Shown here: positions 39,550-51,229 of the stretch, piece after piece | How the letters are laid out: each line of letters opens with the position of its first letter | How positions within the stretch are numbered: the first letter of the stretch is position 1 | Source: a bacterium | GTDB taxonomy: Bacteria; SAR324; NAC60-12 | DNA length: 64,000 bases | Direction of reading: 5' to 3' | Assembly (NCBI GenBank): GCA_965209155.1 | Contig: OZ242383.1 | Span: forward strand, 32,001-96,000 | Notes under the pieces: generated by a model | Database searches by the model: none | Told to the model about the DNA's origin: nothing | Seen by the model: only the letters and a program-made list of their open reading frames with translations | Position numbers and translations under genes: made by a program

Positions 39550-42056
39550 TCATGTTTCCGTCGCAATCTCTATGCTGGTCAGGTTTACCACCTCGGTGTA
39601 TAGGTCGACATCGCTTTCCGGAGCCCTGATACTGACAACTAAGGCATACCTTGCAGCTTGATCGTATCGATCGAGTGCGGGACGTGTTTTCCACCAGCCG
39701 ATGGCGGGATAGACGGCGATGATCCCTCTACTTGCCAGATCAGCGGCGGTTCCTTGCCAGATATCTCCGTGCAGCGAGCCTCTGTGGCGTTCTCGCGTAC
39801 CGATCATCCAAAATGGATCTTTCCCGCTTTTGGTAGTTCCTTGTTCCTCGTCTCTAGCCATAAGGTTGATCCGAGACCGAAACTCGTTAGTCGATTCTAG
39901 AGGTCGTTTGACATCGAACCGGAGGCCGTGAGACTCGTAGCGATATCGGGAACCAACTCCCCGTTGCGTCGGATTGGGCTCGATAAAATAGGAGAGCGTC
40001 ACCCGCATTTCGACCTTTGTATTTCCAAGACTCTCCAGAGCGTCACATGGCCAAGGAAGATTATGGAGATGCATGTCGCGAAATGTGGGTTGCTTGGAAG
40101 GTTCTTTCTTGAAGGGATGGAGGCTTGCCTGAACGACCATCGTCAGTGAGTTCTCAAGGCTCCACAACGCACGGTCGAGATCCGGTACGCCGAAGCCGCA
40201 TCTCCGGATCAGACGCAAATAGTCCTGCTTCTTTGGGTTGCCAGTCTTGGGTAGAAACAAATACTTCATCGCGTCTGTCCACTCTGCCGAGTGCACGATC
40301 AGCGCGCGGATCGTCTCCGGCCATAATCCGGGATAGACCGCCATTACCTGCGCAGCCAGGCGGGATGCGAGCGCAGTGGCTGCACTGGTACCATTGACTG
40401 TCGTAAATGGCCGGTTGAGGGGGCGATAATGGGTCGTCAACAAGCTGAGACTGTTCATACAAACGGCACTTATTGAATCCTTTGCGGCATTACCACCTTC
40501 AAGTACGATATCGGGCTTCAGCGGCCAGTGTGCCTGCCATGTTAGAGAAGTCGTGCTGAACGGGCTCAGACCACCGCTTGGCGCGATGGGCGTGTAGCCG
40601 CTCGCATCTGGTTCGGTAATCCGTACGAGGTCGGTGCAGGCCCCAACAGTGAGCACGTTCCATGCCTGGGCTGGGTCATGAACTCCGTCGGTATCATTGC
40701 TGTGCGGATATGCTGGCCATGCGTTAATGTCATCGATATTTCCGGCAGAAACTACCAATAAGCGCGGATGTTCACGATGTCTATCGACATCGGCCGCCAT
40801 CGAGTCCAAAGCCGCCGACCATGAAGAAGGCTGACCCCTGTCCCGATTGTCCCGGGCTGTAATGGCCATCCCGAAGACTCTTTGGCGGAATGGAGCTGTG
40901 ATTTCAGGCCGGGCTATTGCTTCCTTTGTCAAATACCCATGTTGGACGGGATCCGTTCCGGTTTCACCATTCCGAGGCAGTAACTTGACCGATTCGAGGC
41001 GATGATTAATTTCCATAGGATCACTGCCGGCGAGGCTCATTGTCAGGTTTCCCGCAATAGCCAACCCCGCCATCCGTGTTCCGTGGCCGTCGTCATCGTC
41101 GGTGCCCCAACCGGGTTCGACCGTATGAAGGTCGCTGACAGCGAGCGCAGGAGTGAGTAACCGATGGCCGCGATTGACACCCGTATCTAGCAGGCAAACA
41201 TAAGGCGTCCGATCAGTCTCAGGCAAGAATCGGGTACGCTCCATCAGGTCGTCAAGCCACAAAGCCTGTTCATCTGCTGGCATCGAATCGAAGAAATCCG
41301 CTGTTTCCTTTGCGCGCCGCAATTCGGCAATACTGTTGAGCGTTACCATGGAACGCTGCATTTGCTCGACCAATGCGTACGTCAACAGTACCGTTCGCTC
41401 CGGGAATATAATCTCCCCCGGTGCTACACGCATCTCCTGTGCCACGGCCCACTCACGAAATGCTGTGGTAGTTATTTGCCGGTCCCCACGGACTGGCAAC
41501 CAAACCTCCCACCAGACCGGTCCTTCGTCATTTGTGGGAAATGTCTCGGCAGTGTCCGTCCAAAGCGCTCGAAGGCTCGCCGCCCGGATCTGTAAAATTG
41601 CGTTGATCAGCCGTCTGTTATCGCGAAAGCGGCCGAGGCTGTCTTGTTTTTTCTCCAAATAGTCGCGGATGAGGCTTTCGAAGTGATCGAGCTTTCCGTC
41701 TGGTACAAATATTGTAGCCCTTATTCGATCATCATGACGGACATTCAGTAATTCGATTCCCGATCGCTCTCGAGCCAAACTTTCGAAGGCAAATTCTATA
41801 TCGGGGAAGCTCTCGAACTCGACTTGAAGTCCCAGACCTTCGTTGATTCCTGCTGCCTGCTGGGTTTGCCGAGCGGATTCTGCTTCCTTCCGAAGCCCGT
41901 CGATCTGCCTCCGCAACACTCCGCCATGTCGGGTTCGATCGCGTTCAGGAATCGCGAGATGTTGCCCCCCGCCTTGCTGCGGAGATCGATAAGCCTCCGT
42001 TTCTGTGACTCTTTCGAGGATGAAGTGTCTTTTTTTTCTTCAGTTCCGTTCGCCAT
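39550..42056 (-). CDS. S8 subtilisin-like serine protease (IetS-like); 1-nt frameshift in an A8 tract near the start
   Basis: Catalytic triad LLDTGV / HGTRMAG / GTSAA and SAGN. The main frame extends upstream as RHFILERVTETEAYRSP and joins MANGTEEK (ATG 42056) if one A is added at 42030-42037. Confidence 0.88.
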
Positions 42057-42064
42057 TCTGTCCA

Positions 42065-43054
42065 CTACACCTTATTCTCATGCAGTCTCTCGGCGATGTT
42101 CTTGCGCTCGTTGAGCATGTTTCGTATATCTTCAGTACGGACTGTAGCGCGATGGTGGATCAGTGAGTCTTTCAAGGCCTCGTTTGCGGCGCGGCTGACA
42201 TCCGCGTAGCTCAATCCTAACGCCAAATCGGCCAGGTTCTCCCAACGGAGTCCTTTGACTACGGATCCAGCGAGACGCGTTTTCAGGAGCCCTGCGATTT
42301 GCGATCTGTTGGGCAGATCGTAGTGTAAAATGTCGTCAAATCTCCGAAATAGTGCCGGATCAAGTATTCTGAGATGATTCGTTGCGGCAACAACAAGACT
42401 GTGAGAACGTTCTTGCTCGATCATTTGCAAAAAGCTGTTCAGCACCCGGCGGATTTCCCCTACATCATTAATCAGTCCTCGCTGCGACCCAATAGCGTCA
42501 AACTCATCGAAGAAGTAGATGCCGCGAGTACGGCTAGTAGCGTCGAAAATCTGTCGTAGCTTGGCTGCAGTTTCTCCCATGAATTTGGTGATGAGACTGT
42601 CGAGCCGTACCTGAAAGAGTGGAAGGCCAAGTTCCCCGGCCAGGACGGCAGCCGTACGGGTCTTGCCCGTGCCGGGAGGTCCAGTCAGCAGCAACTTGCG
42701 TCTTGGCGAGAGACCATGCTCGACAATCCGCTGAGCATGACGTTGTTCACGAATGACACGCACTATTTGAATGGCAAGGTTGTCGCTCAGAATCATCTCT
42801 CCCAGCCGTGATTTCGGGTAAGAAGCTTCCAAAAGATTTGCCAACTCACCACGCGGACGACCAATCGGCACCAGCGAATCCTTCCCGCTTCGGCCTTTGG
42901 ATTTATCGATCAGGGAACGCAATTCCTTGGCGAGCTTGCCATGACCCAGTTTTGCTTCATGAGCGGCAACTTGCATGGCGACCGAGAAAAAATGGTCGTC
43001 GTCGCCTTCCAGATGCGATTTCAATAATGCCTTGAGTTGCTCGGCACTTGCCAT
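42065..43054 (-). CDS. AAA+ ATPase (IetA-like)
   Basis: MASAEQLKALLKSH, GPPGTGKT, FFDEFDAIG, ATNH..ILDPALFRRFDD. Confidence 0.92.
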   Translation of the reverse strand: MASAEQLKALLKSHLEGDDDHFFSVAMQVAAHEAKLGHGKLAKELRSLIDKSKGRSGKDSLVPIGRPRGELANLLEASYPKSRLGEMILSDNLAIQIVRVIREQRHAQRIVEHGLSPRRKLLLTGPPGTGKTRTAAVLAGELGLPLFQVRLDSLITKFMGETAAKLRQIFDATSRTRGIYFFDEFDAIGSQRGLINDVGEIRRVLNSFLQMIEQERSHSLVVAATNHLRILDPALFRRFDDILHYDLPNRSQIAGLLKTRLAGSVVKGLRWENLADLALGLSYADVSRAANEALKDSLIHHRATVRTEDIRNMLNERKNIAERLHENKV

Positions 43055-43499
43055 GAGATATCTCTCGTTGTCCAGCGTCTTTCGGCGATTACCCGCAAGT
43101 AAATCGGTTTATCGCTACGTAATTAATGAAAATTCGTTACTTAAATCATTCGTTTATCAGTGTCAAGCCTGTGACATGCGAATCTGGTGGAGTCACTGGA
43201 TTGACACCCATATCGAGAAGCTTAGGAGTTGCTTGACTATGATTGCTTGATTGCCAAATTTTCATTTTTTTAAAAAGGAGATTGATATATCCAGGGACCG
43301 AAGCAATCAGGAGCGGTCTAAACTTGTTTTTCTGTTATTATTGGGCCGTAAAAATAGCGAGGAACTATTGCCTAAACTCACCTTTGTTGATGCTGCCCAG
43401 ATTTTTTACCTCAAAGGTAAATTCTGTCTGAATTCCATGCATGGGCATACCTCTGTCATATCTCCATCAGCGCTGTGAGATCGAAAGTGTGAATCCGAA

Positions 43500-45690
43500 C
43501 CGCGCGCGTGATGGCGGCCGTGATTCGTTCGCAGGCTACGTCGGCCAGGTCCTGGTACATGAGTTGCGCAGGGAAAGTATCACCCTTGCAAACTAAGCAT
43601 TCATCGAGCCATTGTTTGCTGATGCGCTTGAGCTGTCCGAAGAGGTGCAGTTTGGGTTCCTCATGCGGGTCGCGCCATTTCGTATAGAGAAGCCGCCTGG
43701 TCAGTTAAAAGAGCAGGGTCGAGCGTCTGAGGGCGTAGGATTGGCGACGCAAGGCCCGGCCGATGACCTGCTCGCAGAGCAATTGAGTGCCGAAAGCACG
43801 AACGCCCAGCACGTGGCTGACAGTGTTGGCGTCCCATCCTTCAGTGAGCATAGAAACCGATACGACACAGCGAATCGAATCTCCCAAGCGACCCGGTTTG
43901 CCTACGGTGTTCATGACCTCGCGGAGCAGGTCCTGGTCACTGATACGCTCGGCGTGGCGGCGGTCACCGGTGCGTTCGATGATTTCCCGTCGAAAGCGCG
44001 CGATCTCACCGGCGGCCAAAGCACGGAAATTCCTGTCCAAAGCGTCCCCGGACTCCAGTTGTTCACTGTCGATCAACAAAGTGCGGGGTCGTGGATACCG
44101 GTTGCCGGACTCGTTAAAATTTCGAAACAGTTCAAGACGTCCGTTTTCAAACGTCGTGTAACCATCCCCGTTTTCACGGTAGAAACCGGAGATATAATCG
44201 TATACGAGCTTGGAGGTGGAAGTGTTGTTGCAAACCACAATAAAGCATGGTGGGACGTCAATACCCGCTTCCTGCATGAGTTCGAAAGTCTTGCAGTAAT
44301 GCCCGTACAGGGCTTCCAGGGCGGTTTGAAGCGCCACGGGTAGACTGAGAGGATCAAGATGCCCGGACTTGTCCCGCCCTTTCCTCGGCATTTCGGTGCG
44401 TATGTGTTCCCAAAGATTGCGAAACCTGGGCATTTCGCCACCGGGGATGTTATCGGCTACTGGCACGCGGGGAAGTTTGACGATACCGCATTCGATGGCA
44501 TCCATCAGTGAAAAATCGTTCATCGTCCAGGGAAACAACGTTCCTTCCGCATAGCCCGAACCACGAAGAAAGAAAGGTGTTGCAGAAAGATCCAATACGC
44601 GGTTGATGCCAAGTTTGTTGCCGACCGTTTCGAGACCCGAAATCCAAAGTCGGGCGGCTTCCGTATTCTTTTTGGCTTCCTTCCTCTCATCTCCAGTGAG
44701 CGCGTCTTCCAGTTTTTCTCCCGGTTTTTCGCGATAGCAGTGGTGCGCCTCGTCGTTGAGGACCAGGATATTCCCGACTCCCATCAGTTCGGGCATGACC
44801 CGTTGCAGCATTTGCCCCTCAGACTCCAAGGTGTTCAGGGCATCGTTCCGACCTTGCAGAAGCGAGCGGCCGCCTTTGGATAGCTCCAGGCGTTCACGCA
44901 GTTTGAAGGCGTGATAGTTGGTAATGACGATTTTTGCTTTCTCCAGGTCGGGGAGCATGTCGCTCGGTACCAATTCCCGGCTTTTGTAGTAGCTATCCGG
45001 ATCGTTCGGCTGCAGCACGCGCAGGCGATCTTTGATGGTGATACCGGGCGTGACTACCAGGAATCCACGCGTGAATCTGCGACTTCGGGAGCGACGTACC
45101 GCGTTGATGGTTTGCCAGGCGATCAACATGGCCATGACGGTGGTCTTACCAGCGCCGGTTGCCAACTTGAGCGCCAGGCGGGACAGTTGAGGGTTTGCGT
45201 CATTGTTGGCGTTCACCAGGTGCTCGAGGAAGTCTTTGCCGACTTTGCCCATACGAGGCGCCACTTCGCTGAGCCAGATGACGGTCTCCACCGCTTCGAT
45301 CTGGCAGAAGAAGGGGCGCATGCCACTGAAGCGGTGATGCCGCCAGTGTTGCAGCAGACGGGCTGTCTCAGGCGTAACCCGCCAATGATTCGGATCCGAT
45401 ATGCCCCGCCAACTGTCGACCTGCCTTCGAACGTTACTGATTATTGCCGTGTGATCATATTGCTGAACAGCAGTGGAAAGCCCTTTTCCTTCGTCCAACA
45501 CCAGCACTCGTTGTTCCACTGATGATTTTTTTTGCTTCTTTGGTTTTGGAATCGGAGTGATGAACTCAGCCTGTCTCCGGCTGTCCAGGATCTTTTGGGT
45601 TGGCTGCCCCGTGTCGTCGAGTTCCCAATGACGGTTCGGGTATACGTAAGGCGAGTTGAGGACAGGCTGTTCAAAAAATGGATTATTCAA
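43500..45690 (-). pseudogene. res: Type III RM Res subunit with internal deletion, frameshift and truncation
   Basis: FFEQPVLNSPY, KLATGAGKT, NDEAHH, LSATP, MLTEGWD, EQVIGRALRR. Another frame continues KWRDPHEEPKLHLFGQLKRI...ERITAAIT and then breaks off. Confidence 0.85.
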
Positions 45691-45813
45691 AACAATGCGC
45701 CTTCTTGAATTCACGACGTTACCGTATCCAATGCTTTCCACACGAATGAGAAATATAGCACTTTCCCCACGATCGAATCAACTGCCACGTTTTGCTCCGT
45801 TTCCGTAAAAAGG

Positions 45814-46407
45814 GGGGTCCGGCTTGAAAGTTTGGAAAAGTAGCGTAATTTTTTTCTTTAAATCGATTTGATATTCCTTCTCACTGGTTTCTGAAGATGG
45901 CTCGTCAACCACGCCTTTACTTTCCGGGTGCGTTTTACCATGTGATGCTTCGTGGCAATGGAGGGCAACCCATTTTATTCTGTCCCCTCGACTATCGAAA
46001 TTTTTATCACTTGTTCCCAGAGGCTTCCCAACGCTTCGATCACCGGATTCATGCCTTATGTTTTACGAGCAATCAATCATGTCCCTCCCTGTTCTCCTCC
46101 TCTTTGAGGACGGATCATTCATCAAGTGGATCGAGTTTATCAACTACAGGAGCAGGAATTAAGCAGTGCCGGGCAGTCGCGAAAGTTGAGTGAAGCCCGT
46201 GCGATGATTGGCATGTAGGCTTTCGACTGGAAGTCCGCAACGATTCGTGAGGTCGGAAGGGTTTTCGATCGAGATGATTCGACGATCCGCTTTGCCGTGC
46301 ACCGGTTGAGACGACGATTGAAGGAATGCGAGGATCTCCAAAATCAATTAGAGGAACTGAAACGTCAAATACTTGCTTGATCATTCAAACTTTCAAGCCT
46401 GACCCCC
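45814..46407 (+). mobile_element. RAYT-derived element, copy 3
   Basis: IRs ggggtccggcttgaaagtttg / caaactttcaagcctgacccc; same internal deletion as copy 1. Confidence 0.85.
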
Positions 46408-46413
46408 TTCTAT

Positions 46414-46935
46414 GTGAAGACCGATCTTGATGATGAAGACAATCGCAAGGCGTTTCTGGTGGACATGAATGTAGGTAAATTCGACGTTCTATGGATCGTT
46501 GTGCATCTGAAGATCGGACGTGAGAAAAACGAACAGAATATTCGAGACAAACAAGCGAAGGTTATTGGAAAGTTCATCACGAAACGTCAAAATCAACAAA
46601 AGCGTATGAAAGATATCCTCTTGGTGGGTGACTTCAATATGTTTCCGGGCCAGGACGTGAGCAATTTTCATCATCTTGGTGGTGATGATTTGATGAATAT
46701 TTTATCCTCTTGGGATCTGCAGGATGGATTTTCTCATATTTTAAAAGCTGGACGAGCCAACCTTGTAGATGGATTCGCAATTAGCCTTAAATACAGCACT
46801 GAGTATATAAAGGGAAGTCTAAGAGTATTTCCCATGCATTGGGCAATGGATTTGGGGCTTGGGAGATTCCGTAAGGAGGTGTCCGACCACCTACCATTTG
46901 TCGCAAGCTTCAGGATAGATCGAGATCGGGACTAG
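46414..46935 (+). pseudogene. Endonuclease/exonuclease/phosphatase-family C-terminal fragment
   Basis: VVHLK, LVGDFN, VSDHLP; begins directly after the mobile element. Confidence 0.75.
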
Positions 46936-46959
46936 GCAAATAGAAATTCAACACTTTCA

Positions 46960-49110
46960 ATGGAGAATCCGATGTCGAAAAACATAGTCATTTGTTCAGA
47001 TGGAACTGGAAACAGAGGCGGAAAAACACGTGGTACAAACGTCTGGCGTATCTTCAATTCAATCGATCGCCACGACGACAGTAATTTACAAATTACCTAC
47101 TATGATGATGGTGTCGGAACAGATGACCTCCGTCTGTTACGTCTGTTGAGTGGTGCTTTTGGATGGGGATTGCAAAAAAACATTCGCCAGGCCTATGAAT
47201 TCCTTACAATGAACTACCAGGAAGGCGACAAGATCTTTCTTTTTGGTTTCAGTCGAGGTGCATTCACTGTGCGATCCCTTGCTGGTTTGATTTGCCGGTG
47301 TGGGCTTCTCAGACGAGAAATACTTCTTCAAGCTGGACGACAAGAGCGAAAACGGATGGTAAATAAAATCATCAATGCCTATCGAAGCAATGAGGAATTT
47401 AACAACAAAAATTCCGGTGTGACGAAGAAAGAAAAGGCGAAGAACATACGTAAAAATCTGGGATTAACTGTTTGTCATCTTCAATCGGTACCAATTCACT
47501 TCGTAGGAGTGTGGGATACAGTCGACGCAGTCGGGGTGCCGGTCGACGAATTAAAAGAATGGGTAGATCGAATTTGGAGAAAGCTTTTTAAACGACGACT
47601 ATGGGGTTTTTACGATCAAGTCCCGCATTACGATATTCACCACCTGTACCAAGCACTTGCGCTTGATGATGAACGAAAAACTTTTCACCCCAATGTCTGG
47701 AAGGGAGACTGTAAAAAGAGTGAATCAGATGACCGTAAAAAACAAGTCGTCGAGCAAGTCTGGTTTGCCGGCGCGCATTCAAACGTTGGTGGTGGATATC
47801 CTAAAGATTCGTTGTCTTTGGTTCCGCTCCTCTGGATGATGGGGAAAGCGAATGCATGTGGGTTAAAATTTTTTAAAAGTAAGTGCAAGGAATATTATGA
47901 GGCTGCAGATCCGCATGGACGTTTATACGACTCTCGTGCTGGTTTGGGTGTGTTCTATCGTCCAGCTCTTCGTCAACTTCCCAAATATTCGTTAATCCAC
48001 AAGAGCGTATTTGAGCGGATCGAGCGTGGAACCAACTACTACGCACCGAAGATTATTCGAGATTGTAACTACATAATTTGCAATAGCCATTTCTGTTCCA
48101 ATTGTCTCTAACTGAGAAAACAAGTGAAATTTGATGATGCTGTAAAATGGAAGGAGCGACTTGAGAAAGCGCAAACAAAGCTCTACTGGTTGTACGTCGC
48201 AATCAACATGTTTACGCTAAATTTTCTGATCATGGTGATGGTTCTGGGTACTTCTGTTGAACCGCGTTGGCCATTGCTTGCAGATCTCATTCGTTTCGTT
48301 TTACCCGGAATTCCGGCAAATTTAGTCGATTCGGCAGTGAAGTTTCCACTGCAGTCGATTGTGCTCATACTGGTCATATGGGTAATGTACATGATGAACA
48401 AGCAGGTAAAGGTCGAGGCTAATGAACTCGCCTTTCAGATATGGCAACGTATTTATTGCGGACAATACTATCTTCTCCCAAAGCTCAGTTTCATTGTAAA
48501 AATTGTTGGATGGATGGCGCCTCCTAAATGTCTTTCCATAGTTACTGTGCTGTTTTTCGCACTGTTTTTGTTGATCTTGCTGCTCACTCTGATTTTGTCG
48601 ATTTTGTTGTCTACATGTAAGGATGACAACGATTGCCCTCTGTCAGGAGTGGCTATTAATAGTCCTGAGATGTTCTGCGACAACGTTCGTGGTCCCTGTC
48701 GATTGGGTGCCGGTGGAACAATCAGCGTCACGATTGCATCAAATCGTAAGCACAATATGACAGGAATATTCGTTAAAGGCGGAGAGACTTATTCGGCGCG
48801 ATTCGTCAGTAGTGAGCATTGGTGTGACGGCAATTACCCGGCAAAACCAGGTGGCGTCAAATTCGACGAGTACGTCCGCTTTTTAGCTTGGTGGGTAAAG
48901 TGGCTTCGGCCGTATCCTGAGGGGGAATGGTTTCAGATTGTAGGACGTGTCGATGGTAGTAACAAGGTCTTCCCGATTTTCCATGGACAAGATGATCAAG
49001 TTGAATCAAGCTTCAAAGTCCCGGATAACGGCGAACTCGTGCTTCTGGTCAATGACGTGTGGTATCGCAACAACAAAGGAGTGATGTCAATCGAAATACG
49101 CCGCCAATAG
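46960..49110 (+). pseudogene. DUF2235 (Tle1-like alpha/beta hydrolase) with TM segments and a C-terminal beta domain; in-frame TAA at 48109-48111
   Basis: ICSDGTGN, TNV, YDDGVGT, GFSRGA, GVWDTV, ALALDDER, WFAGAHSNVGGGY; ORF 48124-49110 is in the same frame 12 nt after the stop. Confidence 0.75.
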
Positions 49111-49216
49111 GAATGGTACAATGATCCACCTAAATCCTGCAGTCATCACCACCGGCAGAGCCGGTGGCTTGAAGAGGCCCCCAGGATGGGGGCAAAACGT
49201 GTTCGTCATCGTAAGA

Positions 49217-49617
49217 CGTGCTCGTGCTCGTGAACGAAAAAGGCTGCCATGTTAGATCATGAAAAACTCGATGTATACCAATGTTCCATCGAATTTTTAG
49301 CGTTATCTGTCCAAGTCATCGAAACATTGCCAAAAGGATACTCAGCCTTAGTTGACCAACTGAAAAGGGCCTCATGGTCGATTCCTCTCAATATCGCAGA
49401 AGGCTGTGGAAAAAATTCCTTTGCTGACAAGCAACGATTCTATGCATTTGCCCGAGGTTCCGCAATGGAATGCGCTGCTATTCTCGATGTTTTAAACGTG
49501 TTGAAGATCATCCAGCCTCCTTTATTTGAGGAAGGGAAACAGTTACTTCATCGCATTGTTTCTATGTTAACCAAAATGTGCCGTCGAATTCACTGACCGT
49601 TCACGAGCACGAGCACG
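49217..49617. repeat. Perfect 20-bp inverted repeats of GAGCAC hexamers flanking the four-helix-bundle gene
   Basis: cgtgctcgtgctcgtgaacg (49217-49236) / cgttcacgagcacgagcacg (49598-49617). Confidence 0.9.
49249..49596 (+). CDS. Four-helix-bundle protein (23S rRNA IVS protein family)
   Basis: HEKLDVYQ, DQLKRAS.SIPLNIAEG, ARGSAMEC. Confidence 0.92.
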   Translation: MLDHEKLDVYQCSIEFLALSVQVIETLPKGYSALVDQLKRASWSIPLNIAEGCGKNSFADKQRFYAFARGSAMECAAILDVLNVLKIIQPPLFEEGKQLLHRIVSMLTKMCRRIH

Positions 49618-49786
49618 GCTAACGGACACGGATACGTTTCTCATGTCTGACCGGCAAAGCCTATTAGGTTCGCACCAGCAGAGCTGGTGGTTTAATGAGA
49701 TTAATTAGATGACAAACAAAGATGGAAATGGTAATATACTCAAATAGTTAACAGTAGAATCAACATTTTGAGAGATCACCATTTCC

Positions 49787-49957
49787 ATGAAAAACAAAGG
49801 TAATACAAGATCGGCAAGAACGAAAGCAAAAAACATCCATATCCGCCAGGGAGGCAGAGACCTGACCGCGCTAGCAGGCTTGATTCCGGTTGTCAAATTT
49901 TTTCACAAACACGGGATTGTTTCGAAGACAGAGCAGAGCATAGATCATCAGCGTGGC
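49787..49957 (+). mobile_element. Probable IS1380-family transposase 5' fragment
   Basis: LTALAGLIPVVKF N-terminal motif; fused to RAYT copy 4. Confidence 0.5.
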
Positions 49958-50450
49958 GCCTTTACTATCCCGGTGCGCTGCACCATGTGATGCTTCTGGC
50001 AATGGAGGGCAAACCATTTTTTTCTGTCCCCCCGACTATCGACCATTTTATCACTTGCTTCCAGAATCTTCCCAACGTTTTGATCACCGGATTCACGCAT
50101 TTTGTTTAATGAGCAATCAAACATGTCCCTCCCTGTTCTCCTCGTCTTTCAGGACGGATCATTCATCAAGTGGATCGAGTTTATCAACTACCGGAGCAGG
50201 AATTAAGCAGTGCCGGGCAGTCGCGAAAGTCGAGTGAAGCCCGCGAGATGATTGGCATGTTGGCTTTCGGCTGGAAGTCCGCAACGATTCGTGAGGTCGG
50301 AAGGGTTTTCAATCGAGATGATTCGACGATCCGCTTTGGAGTGCACCGCTTGAGACGACGATTGAAGGAATGCGAGGGTCTCCAAAATCAATTAGAGGAA
50401 CTGAAACGTCAAATACTTGCTTGATCATTCAAACTTTCAAGCCTGAGCCC
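49958..50450 (+). mobile_element. RAYT-derived element, copy 4 (left end lost)
   Basis: Identity to copies 1 and 3; ends caaactttcaagcctgagccc. Confidence 0.82.
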
Positions 50451-50589
50451 CTTCCCCTGGACTTTGGCCATTTTTGAATAGGAGATTATATACAAAGGTA
50501 AACATTGGCGACCTTACCCCTGCCCATCACAAATGTCAAGATATGAATCGGCAGAACGCCGGCTCACGGGAGGGGAAAGAAGATGTTAT

Positions 50590-50865
50590 TCAGGGAGACG
50601 AAATATTCAAATTTTTAAGAAGATATTCTAAAAATATTACTAAAAATTCATCTGTATGAACTTGATTTGGGACCTCAATTTCAACTTTCTTTTCTTTTAA
50701 TTCTAATAATTTTTGATATCCAACTGGGGTTAAATCTAATGACCAACGTTTCCTGCCTGCATTTAATCGGCCAATATCGTAAGAAAAAGTATAGTTATAA
50801 ATAGGTACTCCTGGGCCACGAACTATTTCAGGCTCATCAATTATTGATATTATTATTTTTTCCAT
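50590..50865 (-). CDS. Hypothetical protein (AT-rich)
   Basis: 91-aa ORF, divergent from the 50925 ORF. Confidence 0.45.
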   Translation of the reverse strand: MEKIIISIIDEPEIVRGPGVPIYNYTFSYDIGRLNAGRKRWSLDLTPVGYQKLLELKEKKVEIEVPNQVHTDEFLVIFLEYLLKNLNISSP

Positions 50866-50924
50866 ATAATATACTCAAATTAAATTTATTGAAAAATTAA
50901 AATTATAATCATATAAAAGGTATT

Positions 50925-51185
50925 ATGGGTGTCAATAAAAAAATAGATAAATCAGAAGTAATTGTCAAAGATCAAATTCAATCTTTGACTCAAGAATTTC
51001 CTTGCAAGACATCTGAATCTCCCGAACAACTTCTTCAAAAATATCAAGAATTGTCAAATCACGTGGATTTACTCCATAGTGTTTTAAAGAAAGTTGTAAT
51101 TCTTTTGGAAAATGAAGGGACGCCTCTGGACTTGATAACTGGACGCGAACGCGTGATGCTCCCAGAAATGGCTGAATGGAAATAA
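50925..51185 (+). CDS. Hypothetical protein (AT-rich)
   Basis: 86-aa ORF with AAAGG RBS. Confidence 0.45.
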   Translation: MGVNKKIDKSEVIVKDQIQSLTQEFPCKTSESPEQLLQKYQELSNHVDLLHSVLKKVVILLENEGTPLDLITGRERVMLPEMAEWK

Positions 51186-51229
51186 TTTTTAATCGAATTT
51201 TTTGTTTTTCAGTCATCTTTCCTTTATTA

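Noticed and set aside
43290..43445. Short minus-strand AAA-ATPase-like start (EVKNLGSI...GPNN)
   Set aside because: Too short and interrupted by stops to annotate with confidence
49249..49596. Avd of a diversity-generating retroelement
   Set aside because: No reverse transcriptase or TR/VR pair seen in the window
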